Source of the DNA: Pristiophorus japonicus
Lineage: Eukaryota
DNA: 64,000 bases
Direction: 5' to 3'
Assembly: GCF_044704955.1 (NCBI RefSeq)
Contig: NC_091977.1
Coordinates: 304,916,001-304,980,000 of the forward strand
Shown here: positions 48,781 through 59,661 of the stretch, one piece after another
Position numbering within the stretch: position 1 is the first letter of the stretch
Layout of the letters: each line of letters opens with the position of its first letter
Made by a program: the position numbers and the translations under genes
Notes under the pieces: model-generated
What the model was told of the DNA's origin: nothing
The model's database searches: none
The model's input: only the letters and a program-made list of their open reading frames with translations

Positions 48781-50200
48781 TGTAGGGGGTTTTTGTTCTG
48801 CCCAATTACGGGGACCTTTGGTGGCTGTTGGTGTATTGGGCCTCTCTGTCCCTTCTCGGGGACGGTCCAGCAGCTTATGGCTCGCTGACCACTAACCTGG
48901 CGGTTGCGAAGCACCCTGAAACCCCTATCTGGGTCCAAGCTCAGAATTTTGGTGGATTATGAGCTTCCACAAGGGAAAACAAAACACTCAGAGACAAGTG
49001 GTCCTTGGAACAAAAAAAACAGGCAAGTCCAATTTATTAACCACGGTAAGTTTCCAACAAGGTCAAACTTCATCAAAACACATATCAGACACATACTTAT
49101 AAACTATGAAAATCTATGGGAAGAAACGGACACAACGAAAACCTTACACAATTTTATCTTTACAAGACAGTTCTAACACCACCCCACCCCGCTTTTTACC
49201 TGACTGACCTAGGCTGACAGTTGGGAAAAGAAAACCCCAGGATAATACTTACGATCCCTTTTTGACAGTTATTCCTTTTAGCCTTAGGATGGTTGGTTTA
49301 CGGGGTAGCTGGAGTGAATGTTGCCTCTCCCAGTTACTTCGGTCCCCGGTTCTCCAGCTGGTTGGCTTCGGAACGTTGTTCAGTGTGCAGCTCGGCTTCT
49401 TGAGACAATGTTGGGTCTCTCAGTAGTTAGGTTGTATATTCTGCACATAAGTCGAGTCCAGGGCCCGTACGATGATATGTTTCACAGCCGGTAACAGTCT
49501 GTCTCCGTTCTCTCTCGGTTTCTGTCTTGTCTGTGACTGCTTCCTACTGCTCCAGCTACTTTCTCTATTTTCAAACTGGGCCGGGTCGTCCTCATTGGTT
49601 GAGGATTTCCCCGCTTCAGGCCCGACTCGACCCCTGATTGGCCTGCCAGAATGCACTTTTCCCCCATTGGCCAGTGCCTCTGTCTCGCTTGTGAGCCAGA
49701 CTCCACAATGTAATCAGAAGATGTCACAGGTAGGTGTGAGGACAGGAGTATTATTTCAGTGCATATTGGTGCCTCAACATCTGCTGGTCCATTGACTCCC
49801 AGGACTGTTACAATTACCGCAGTGATCTCAGGGCTATTGTCCACTGTCCATATTGATTAGGTAGATAATGGTCCACATTCATAAATTGATTAGGAGTGAG
49901 TCATATTTTCAAACTGGGCCGGGTAGTCCCCATTGGTTGAGGATTTCCCTGCTTCAGGCCCGACTCGACCCCTGATTGGCCTGCCAGAATGCACTTTTCC
50001 CCCATTGGCCAGTGCCTCTGTCTCACTTGTGAGCCAGACTCCACAATGTCTGTATCCGCCCACACGTTTCCCAGCCTGCCTGGTCTGAGGATTTTACTTG
50101 GCCAAAAATGTTCATTTAAAATGTATAGAATGATCCCATTTGGTTTTCTTGTCCTTAGGGTGTTCCAATAAAATGTGGCCGTGGATTTTCGAACCTTACA
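48781..50200 (-). repeat. 3' LTR of the provirus (1420 bp)
   Basis: Minus strand TGTAAGG...CCTACA; direct repeat of 58255-59661; minus-strand AATAAA at ~49033-49038. Confidence 0.97.
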
Positions 50201-50212
50201 CTCCCCCATCTT
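50201..50212 (-). promoter_or_regulatory. Polypurine tract
   Basis: AAGATGGGGGAG immediately precedes the 3' LTR on the minus strand. Confidence 0.85.
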
Positions 50213-50620
50213 GACACACCCGGATGTAGACGGAATGTGTCAAAAAGGTTTGCAAGAAAATCCTAGAGCTCCCCAAGTGACAGCCATCCCCATAATTGCT
50301 CTAAATTATAGACCCGCACAAACCAATGTGCACAAACAATATTTCTATCCATGCTCCTTTACAGGTAAACTACAAACAAGGTACCATTTTTGCTTTTAGT
50401 TACATAGAGTTAAGTACATAATTATAGCACATCATGTCGTGTGTTCCTTGCTTTCCTTGAAAGATTATTCCGCCATCACAGCATCTCGAACAGATGTATT
50501 TACACTGTACAAATGTATATCTGTGATAAGTAAGTCCGTATTGTGTTCTGTCATGGATAGTTTTAACAGCTTACGTGGTTGACAGTGCCAGTCAGTTTCC
50601 AGATACGAGTTTTCGTGGTG

Positions 50621-51921
50621 TTACGGTAAACCAGAACGTTCTCTTCTGTTTAAAACCACCTCGTTCTGTCCAGCCTGATCCGAGGCCAGCCGGTCCTCCT
50701 TGATCAAGGTGTTTATTGTCCGGGCGTGAGCCTCTAGCTGGGCAATAATTTCTTTCAGATGCACAGTCATAGCCACCCCCCTCGTGAAGCGTGGAACCCA
50801 ACACATTATTCTCTTTCCCTAGGATGCTGCGCAGCTGTGACTTCAACCCATTGATCTGCAGGGCCAGCTGCACATCATCCAGGCTGTTCATGACGGATGC
50901 CCCAGTGTTAAATCCGGTGAAAACGTCATTCATGACCCCCCTGCGTTGTCTGCCCCGCTCGGTTGTATCTTCTTGTCTATACAGGTCCGCCGCATTGACG
51001 TCCCCAAAGTCCAGCTCGTAGAAGCTCCTGAACATTTCCTTCAGTAGAGCTTGGTACAACTCGGTTTCTCTGGGGCAGAAGGCGGGTAGGCGAACTTCTG
51101 TCAGGTTTAGAATTACTGAAGCAACAGCATAATGTACTCCCTGGTACACTAACTTATCTGTCGGTACTAACACTAACCCATTCCCAGGTCCCCTAGTGGT
51201 GGGCGGACATCCATAACTGTCAATGGGCTTGGGCGTGGGCAGGGGTTTCTTCACCTGAGCCAGCAGCTCGGTGGCATTGACTAGTACCTGGAAACGAGGG
51301 AGCACACAGTCTTCCCTGCTGCGATCCCATTCTATCCCCTTCCCCGAGTCTTTCCACCATCTGGCAAAGGCAATGGACAAACCCACTGGGCACACCTGGG
51401 CCGACTCCCATCGGCATGTATAGATCCCCTGATCATAGGCCCACCATTTCTCCCAACACACCGTGACTGCACCCTCCCCACTCCCCCATGACCATCCGGT
51501 AAGTGTCATTGCTCAGACATTCCCAGCCTGAGCTGCTGTCCTCGATGTCCACGCTCAGTTTCCTGAGCCACCACCAGCGTCCCAAAGGTATGTCCCCAAC
51601 ACACGTTAAATACACTCTCCTTCCCTCTGTCACCCTAACCCGGGACGTGGCCATCTCGATTTCGGGGCAAGGGATGGAGGCCTCCCCTTCGGTAAAACTC
51701 TCGTGGCCCGAATACCGGGTGGAATTCGAACCCAACCACCCAGGCCATTTCCCCTTGCGGAATTAGGTGGCCTGGCCTTCTGCCTCCATGATCCCTTCTC
51801 CCGTGGTCACAATTGGCGCCCTACCCCCAGAGCAACCGTATGTCAAAGACATCTCGATGTCGAGTTTCTGTCCGGTGCAGGTCCCCAGGTAGGTAAATAA
51901 TATCGCGATGGTACGGAGCAT
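50621..51921 (-). pseudogene. env: env-like glycoprotein (signal peptide, Ig-like domain, F2-like region, furin site, fusion peptide, heptad), C-terminally truncated
   Basis: MLRTIAILFTYLGTCTG; one stop at 51763 and frameshifts at ~51485 and ~50780; RGRQRR/GVMNDVFTGFNTGASVMNSLD; candidate splice acceptor TCTTGTGTTCCAG just before the ATG. Confidence 0.8.
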
Positions 51922-52294
51922 CTTCTGGAACACAAGATTGAACACAGTTTTGCCTGAGACTTCTTCAGGCTCGACTGGAGTAACATCACAAAATAAAAAC
52001 ACCATCACCTCACTTTAAAATCCCCCTAAACTATATACAGAACACCGTGCTATATACAATGCCACCCGTCTCCAGGTGGCCAGGTCAGTCTCTGATACTG
52101 ACTTGGCTTTGTCGGCCATCTGGCTGACCTTGCCCCAGGAGCCGGACTGCCCCCTTTTGTAGGGCTTGCAGGAGGACTTCTTTTAAATGTCTTGCTTCCA
52201 TTTCTGTGAGCCCTTCGGAGTCTGGGATCTTTCCCGGGTCTTTCGGTGGTGTCCCTTTTACCGCACATAGTCTGCCACTCTTGTGCTTCTTTTC

Positions 52295-55200
52295 TCATTT
52301 GACTCTGGGACGGGCGGGAAGGTATACGGGAGAACAAGGCATCCTAGGCTGCCTCACTCTGGAACTACGCCTAACCAGGGACGCGGAGTCCCATGTTACG
52401 GGCTGCACCCCTTGGTCCTCCCACTGGTCTATCCCTTCCTCTATCTGCCCTGTCGTTATACTGCACAGGACTCCCTTCTCCTGTGCTAAGTCCCTTTCCT
52501 GCCTATCAGGCTGTGCCACTTCACTCTGCTGTGTGATGGTCCTACTGTGGCAGTGGACTATTCTGGGTTGTGGGGCTTCGGGGCCGGGGTTGACCTCTGC
52601 TACAGCCTCCATATCCACCGGAATGTCCTCTGCCTCCCGTGAGGTTTCGTTACCTGTGGGAGCCTTCCTTTTCCCTGCCCTAGTAGGGTTGAACCGCTTG
52701 CATTGGTTTATGTGGTACCACTTTACCTGACGGGGTAATTGGACCGCATAAACCATAGGGCTTGCCTTGTCCACTATACTGTAGGGCCCCATGTACAGTG
52801 GCTCGAACACCCCCACCCTGGCAAAGCTGCATACCATGACCTGGTCGCCTATTTCCCAATCGTGGTGGCTACGGGGTTCCAGCAGCAGCTTGTTACTAAA
52901 GTGCTGTCTTCCCATGTTGGTGGCTGCCTGCCAGTGAATCTGCTGCAGCTGTTCCAGCAGATTCCTAGCAAAGCGGTCTGGGTTAGCTTCCTGAAGCTGT
53001 CCTTCGGTGAGACCCGGCACCGATGTGTGTACTGGGGTCCTCATAGGTCTCCCAATCATCAGCTCATGGGGTGAATACCCTGTGCTTTTCGACTGACTGG
53101 CCAGGATCCCCATAAGGACCAGTGGCAAGACCTCCACCCATCTGTTGGGTGAATCCCCTGTCTCCTTGCGGAGCCTTTCCTTGATGGTGCAGTTGAGACG
53201 CTCTACAGGGCCTGAGGACTGGGGGTTGTACGCTACATGCCACCGTGCTTTAATCCCCAGTACCTTTAAGGTGGCCTGCATCACCTGGCTGGTGAAGTGG
53301 CTTCCCTGGTCGGACTCCACAAACTGCGGCAGACCCCACCTTGAGAACACTTCCCTGACCAGGATCTTGGGCGTCCCCAATGCAGTAGCTGTTCGGCAAG
53401 GGAAGGCTTCCACCCATTTGGAGAATACATCTACCAGCACTAGACAGTACTTGTACCCCCCCCAGGGCGGTTGGTAGGGACCCTATGTAGTCAATTTGGA
53501 TCGACTACCATGGTCCCTCTACCCGCCTGATGTGTCCCATGGATGCCTTTCTTTTCTGGGGGTCTGGGTTGTCGGCTGCACACACCAAACAGGCTGCGCA
53601 GAAATCACGGACGTCGTTCCGGAGATCTGGCCACCATGCTGCCTGTTTCACCATCTGCCAGGTGGACTCTGGCCCGGGGTGTCCTGCACCTGGACCCTCA
53701 TGGGCCAGTTGTAGGAACTCCCGCTGGTGTTGTGCTGGAACCACCCACTTATCCCCTTTAAACAGCATCCCTTCCTTGACAGCTATATCTGCAGCACTGT
53801 ATGGGCTCTCTGCCTTTCCTCCACTTAGGATGGTTGCTACGGCAGCCTTGAGGGCGGGGTTCTGCGCCTGAACCATTCTCAGGTCCGGGGCCACTGCTAC
53901 CCCTGCGCTCCCTTGTTTCCCTGGCTTGCCTCTAGCTGCTATCACCCTGCCTTTCTCATACGGGTCCCAGAAGCGACCTGTCTTGGCTCCTTCTCTGGCC
54001 AGGAGGTCCGCCCACTGGTTACCCTCTGCCCTGGGCTCTGTCTTAGAATGTGCCTTAACCTTGTGGATGTAGACATCCCTATTGTTCCCGAGGGCTGCCA
54101 CTATCCTTACTAGCAGGGGTTTGGTTACCAGCGGCTTCCCATCTGCGGATGTGTACCCCCTGCGTGACCAAATGGTCAGATACTCTGTACATGAATTGCA
54201 AGTAAACATACTGTCCGAACAAATCGTGTACGGGGTGGGAATTCCTCGGGGTGTGTCACCACGTACATCACCACTGACGGTTCAGCCTGCTGGGCGCTCA
54301 GGGTGCTGGAAAGTTTAAGCGCCAAGGCTGTGCCTGCCTCGGCATAGCCATGGCGTTTAAAACTCCGCAACCCGTGAGTCTTGTATTCGCGGACACTGAA
54401 CTGGATCCATCGACGTAGATCTCGCGGCCTGTGGGATGTACCCCTGCCCGAAATCCAAAGTCGGTGTCCCAAACCCCTTCTACTGAGCATCTATGTGGCT
54501 CCCCTGCATATATGAGGTTAGCTGCGAGCCTGGGCTCGCAGAGGCCCCTGACCCTGATGGCCATTTGGGAGAGGAGGAGGGTCCAGCGAGTGATCCTGGC
54601 ACTGCTGACTGCTCCATCCTTTATTCTCCCTTCTAACATCTGGGTCGGGGTGTGATGGGTGAGGAGTGTGATAGGGGATACTCCTGTGAAAACCTGTGCT
54701 CTTTTCAAGTGGCTAACAGATGCCTTTCACAGTTGGAGTAACCCTTCTCCACCTCTGCAAGGACTCTAGAGGAGTACACCATCGGTCTCAGCTGTCCATG
54801 CCTTTCCTGTAAAAGCACTGCACTCAGACTGTCCCCGCTGGCTGCTACTTCTAAATAGAAATCCTTTCCCCCATCAATAGCCCTCAGTGCAGGTGCCTTC
54901 TGCAGGTTCTGTTTCAACTGAAGAAATGCAGCTTGGCAGCCTTGGTCCCACTCCCACTCGACCCCTTTGTGTAGGAGCCTGAGTAGAGGGGCTGCAGTTG
55001 CTGCATAGTCTCCTATGAAATCTCTGCAGTAGCCTGTGATCCCTAAAAAAGATCTGACTCCGGATACGGCGGTCGGTACCGGGAGTTCCTGCACGGCTTG
55101 CCTTCGGGCCTCATCTATATCTTAGACACAGGAATTTTACTTCCTTTAACCCTATCTGGGCCTTCTTGGGGTTGACCTTAAAACCTCCCTCCTTAAGTAC

Positions 55201-56300
55201 AGCCAACAGTTCTGCCAGCAGGGGACCATGCTCTTTAATGTTGTCAGTGAAAAGGAGCAGGTCATCCACATACTGCACCAACTGTTGTGGCTGGCTGAAG
55301 CTCTTCAAACAGTTCGCCATTCACTGGTGGAAGATGCTTGGACTGTTGTGAAATCCCTGAGGGAGATAGCTCCAAGTATATTGCTGTTCCTTAAAGGTGA
55401 AAGCAAACTTGTACTGGTCCTCTCTCCTCACAGGGATAGACCAGAAGCCATTTGAAATGTCTAGGACTGTGAAGGTGGTTGCAGACGCAGGGATTTCCCT
55501 GATCAGGTCTGCCACTGCTGCCACTGTAGGAGCACAGCCGGGATGTTTCTGTTGAGCACCCGGTAGTCCACGGTGGCCCTCCACGAGTTGTCCGGTTTTC
55601 TGACCGGCCACAGGGGAGAGTTCACGTGCGTGGCTATTGCTCTCAACACACCCTGCTCCACCAGTGAGCTCAGTGCCACTTCCAAGTCGGCTTCTGCCTC
55701 TCTTGGGAAGTTATACTGCTTCTGAGGTTGGGACATGGGATCCCCATCTATCCTGACCTCTACTCCGGTGACTCTCCCACAGTCGTGTTTGTGGGCGGCA
55801 AATGCTGCGAGACTGGCTCACACATAGGCCCTGTACTCTGCCGGGGTGTTCCTGACCAGAAGCTCTGAGTCATAACCCCCTTTTGGCTTCACAGTACACA
55901 GAGCCCCTTTGTCTTGTATTGTTTCTATAAGCATGACCTCATTGTTTGTACCTGGGTCCACTGTTCCCCATAAACAGTGATTTCGCAGATCCACCAGGAT
56001 CTGGTGGGCTATAATGAAGTCTGCCCCCAATATACCTTTGTTAGCCTGCTCCCAACTTATCAGGATGCACTTCCATTTGGTGGTCAGTGCTCCCAACCTA
56101 AGGGTCAATGGGATCGAAAAATACCCTGTTCTTTCATTCCCCGTGAAGCCGACTAGCTCGTAGGGCACACCGCTGGACAGGGGCGAGGAGGCCGGGTCCT
56201 CTGTGTGGACAAGGGTGCTTGAAGCCCCCGTGTCCAACAAGTAAGTTCCCTGGTTCCCCTCCACCTCCATTTTTACCCACGGTCTTCCCCACGAGTCATA
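52295..56300 (-). pseudogene. pol: pol: protease, RT, degenerate RNase H tether, RNase H, integrase
   Basis: YLLDTGAS; NSPLWPVRKPD, LPQGFHNSP, QYVDDLL; YLEVAAS...YSNCERHL; IYVDGS...KVKAH...GNQWAD; HHCC, SDQGSHF, PQSSGPVER, GPY. Confidence 0.93.
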
Positions 56301-58251
56301 GTCCAGCGGACACAGGTAGGCAGGCTTGATGGGTGCTAGTAATGGTTCCTGCCGTATGGGAGCTGTGGGGATCTCTCTACCCACTGCTACATTGATACGG
56401 CCGGGACCTGTCAGCAGCTGCCTGAGGGTTTCTACAATGGTTTCAAACACTGTTGTGGCACCCGCTTTCTCATTACCCGGTTTCACCTCTGTGGGTGTTT
56501 TTACTTCTTTCACGCGGTAGGGATTGGCCCTGCAGTTGTTGCGTTAGTGGCCAGGCTTACCGCATCCATAACACATCCCCCTTCTATCGGGAGGATGTCC
56601 ACCCTCCTGATGCCACTCTCTCTTGGGGGTTTGGTTGGGTTACACCGCATGCACCCGGCCTTTTACTGTTTTCTCTGGCTTCCCCTCTTTCTCCCCATCC
56701 CCCGCCGTGTGGCAGCCAGTCTGCCTATCACGATGGCTTCGGTGAGATCGGGGTCTCCCGGGATGAACCAGAGATCTGCCCTTTCCTTGACACTGGGCAG
56801 GCTGTTTGCAATTATGGTGCGAAACCATGCTTCCCTTTGTTCCGCTGTAAGGTTGTTTCTGACAAGCAGGCCACCACATGCTGTGCTGTAGACCAGCCAT
56901 AACCTTTCCACGTATATCTGTGGGGCCTCCCCTGCTAACTGGCGTGTTTTCGCTATCCTTTCAAAGGGACTCCCTTCGTTCCACCAATGGCCTCTAGGAT
57001 AGCCCTTTGTAGTGCTGCGAGGGTGCTTTGTCCCCCGTGACAATCTGGGGGAAGAGCCTGGTAGATCTTCCCGTCAATGGAAAAAAGGAGCACTTTAACT
57101 GCTTCCGCGTTATCGCATGTGTTCATGTCCACTGCCTGCGCTATCTCCAGGAAGTGAGCATACGGATCTCCCAGTCTAGTGAGCTTTGGGATATGTGACA
57201 CCATGGCCTTGAATGCAGCAACTGAATGCGGAATGATAAACTCGCTGTCCAGCGGTCCTTGGGGTTGTGCACCTTGTGGAGGACCGTACTTCCTCTGTAC
57301 AGCCGAGCACATCGGTCCCGCAGCAGACACCACCACTGGCTCCCCCCTTTCCTCAGCCTCAACTGCCTCTGAATTTAAATCTGTGGACTAGACCCTTTCT
57401 GCGGGTGTCCCATACCCCTTTGGCTGGACCGGCTCTACCTGGCCGATCCCATGCCCTGTGGGTTTCTTGGGCTGCACCCTCTGATCCTCCGTAAGACCTG
57501 CCGGACACACTACCGGCGCCTCAGGAGGCGGTCGACTGTCCTCTGCCGCCGGATCCCCTTCCACTCCCCAATACCCTGACTCGTTGGCTGCCTCCCTGGG
57601 CCCCAACAGACAGACTGCCCCCTTTACCTGGGACAGAGCTTGGAGGAGGGATTGGATCCGCTTATGGCAGGGCGCATGATCTGCCTTCTCATGGCTTATT
57701 TCGGTGTTAACTTTATAGGCTGTGCGCAAATCCCTTAATTGGACCTGAAGCTCTTGGACCTGCTGGGCATAAGCTGTGCTCTGCTCCCTGTACTTCTGTT
57801 CTGTAGCCCGTGACACCGTAACCTGACTCTGCAGGTACTCCTGATGGTTGCGCAATGTTTCTTCTAACCGTGCCCTTCTATTCCTTTCCTCTATTAACTC
57901 TTCTGTGACCTTAGTACCCGCGGCCCCGCTGGTCGCTGAGGTTATAACGGCATCCTTTAATTCCTCCTGTAATTTCCCTATCTGGAGGTCTAACTCCCGA
58001 ACCTGCCAAGTTAAATATATCAGCCAAATTGCCTTTTCTACCTTTTTGTTATGTGTAGGCCCTTCTGTCCACTCGGCTGCCGCGTCCGCTGGACGTGTTA
58101 CCCTGGTCAGGTTCTGAACCCATGTTTTGGCAAAATTTACCTTGGAGAAAACATATTCCGTGATTCTCTCCTCCATTTTAGATTTTCCCAGCACCACCTT
58201 CTCTGAGGTTGTAAGCTCATTCTCCCACTGAGCTCCTACCTGGCTCGCCAT
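56300..58251 (-). pseudogene. gag: gag: N-terminal coiled coil, capsid-like region, single CCHC knuckle
   Basis: ORFs 57388..58251, 56953..57336 and 56663..57043; CYGCGKPGH*RNNC at 56532-56573, in frame with the protease. Confidence 0.82.
58233..58250 (-). promoter_or_regulatory. Primer-binding site, tRNA-Arg(ACG)-like
   Basis: TGGCGAGCCAGGTAGGAG, 4 nt from the 5' LTR; 16/18 match to the complement of the vertebrate tRNA-Arg(ACG) 3' end as recalled. Confidence 0.7.
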
Positions 58252-58254
58252 GAG

Positions 58255-59661
58255 TGTAGGGTTTTTTTTGCTCTGCCCAATTACGAAGGCCTTTGGTGGC
58301 TGTTGGTGTATTGGGCCTCTCTGTCCCTTCTAGGGGACGGTCCAGCAGCTTATGGCTTGCTGACCACTAACCTGGCGGTTGCGAAGCACCCTGGAATCTC
58401 TATCTGGATCCAAGCTCAGAATTTTGGTGGATTATGAGCTTCCACAAGGGAAAACAAAACACTCAGAGACAAGTGGTCCTTGGAACAAAAAAAATGGGTA
58501 AGCCCAATTTATTAACCACGGTAAGTTTCCAACAAGGTCAAACTTCATCAAAACACATATCAGACACACACTTATAAACTATGAAAATCTATGGGAAGAA
58601 ACGGACACAACGAAAACCTTACACAATTTTATCTTTACAAGACAGTTCTAACACCACCCCCACCCCCCTTTTTACCTGACTGACCTAGGCTGACAGTTGG
58701 GAAAAGAAAACCCCAGGATAATACTTACGATCCCTTTTTGGCAGTTATTCATTTTAGCCTTAGGATGGTTGGTTTACGGGGTAGCTGGAGTGAATGTTGC
58801 CTCTCCCAGTTACTTCGGTCCCCGGTTCTCCAGCTGGTTGGCTTCGGAGCGTTGTTCGGTGTGCAGCTCGGCTTCTTGAGACGATGTTGGGCCTCTCAGT
58901 AGTTAGGTTGTATATTCTGCACACAAATCGAGTCCAGGGCCCGTACGATGATATGTTTCACAGCCAGTAACAGTCTATCTCCGTTCTCTCTCGGTTTCTG
59001 TCTTGTCTGTGACTGCTTCCTACTGCTCCAGCTGCTTTCTCTACTATTTTCAAACTGGGCCGGGTAGTACTCCGCTTCAGGCCCGACTCGACCCCTGATT
59101 GGCCTGCCAGAATGTACTTTACCCACATTGGCCAGTGCCTCTGTCTCGCTTTTGAGCCAAACTCCACAATGTAATCAGAAGATGTCACAGGTAGGTGTGA
59201 GGACAGGAGTATCATTTCAGTGCATATTGGTGCCTCAACATCTGCTGGTCCATTGACTCCCGGGACTGTTACAATTACCGCAGTGATCTCAGGGCTATTG
59301 TCCACTGTCCATATTGATTAGGTAGATAATGGTCCACATTCATAAATTGATTAGGAGTGAGTCATATTTTCAAACTGGGCCGGGTAGTCCCCATTGGTTG
59401 AGGATTTCCCCGCTTCAGGCCCGACTCGACCCCTGATTGGCCTGTCAGGATGTACTTTTCCCCCATTGGCCAGTGCCTCTGTCTCGCTTGTGAGCCAGAC
59501 TCCACAATATCTGTATCCGCCCACATGTTTCCCAGCCTGCCTGGTCTGAGGATATTACTTGGCCAAAAATGTTCATTTAAAATGTATAGAATGATCCCAT
59601 TTGGTTTTCTTGTCCTTAGGGTGTTCCAATAATATGCGGCCATGGATTTTCGAACCTTACA
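58255..59661 (-). repeat. 5' LTR of the provirus (1407 bp)
   Basis: Direct repeat of 48781-50200 with scattered substitutions and small indels. Confidence 0.97.

Larger units (their letters stand above)
48781..59661 (-). mobile_element. Endogenous retrovirus, lokiretrovirus-like (LTR-gag-pro-RT-tether-RH-IN-env-LTR)
   Basis: Paired LTRs, 4-bp TSD GTAG (48777-48780 and 59662-59665), PBS, PPT, and all domains in retroviral order. Confidence 0.9.

Noticed and set aside
48781-59661. Foamy (spuma) virus assignment based on long LTRs, YVDD and 4-bp TSD
   Set aside because: Gag has a CCHC knuckle in frame with the protease, the PBS is Arg-like rather than Lys, and env has a short N-terminal signal peptide. 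Phylogeny is still needed.
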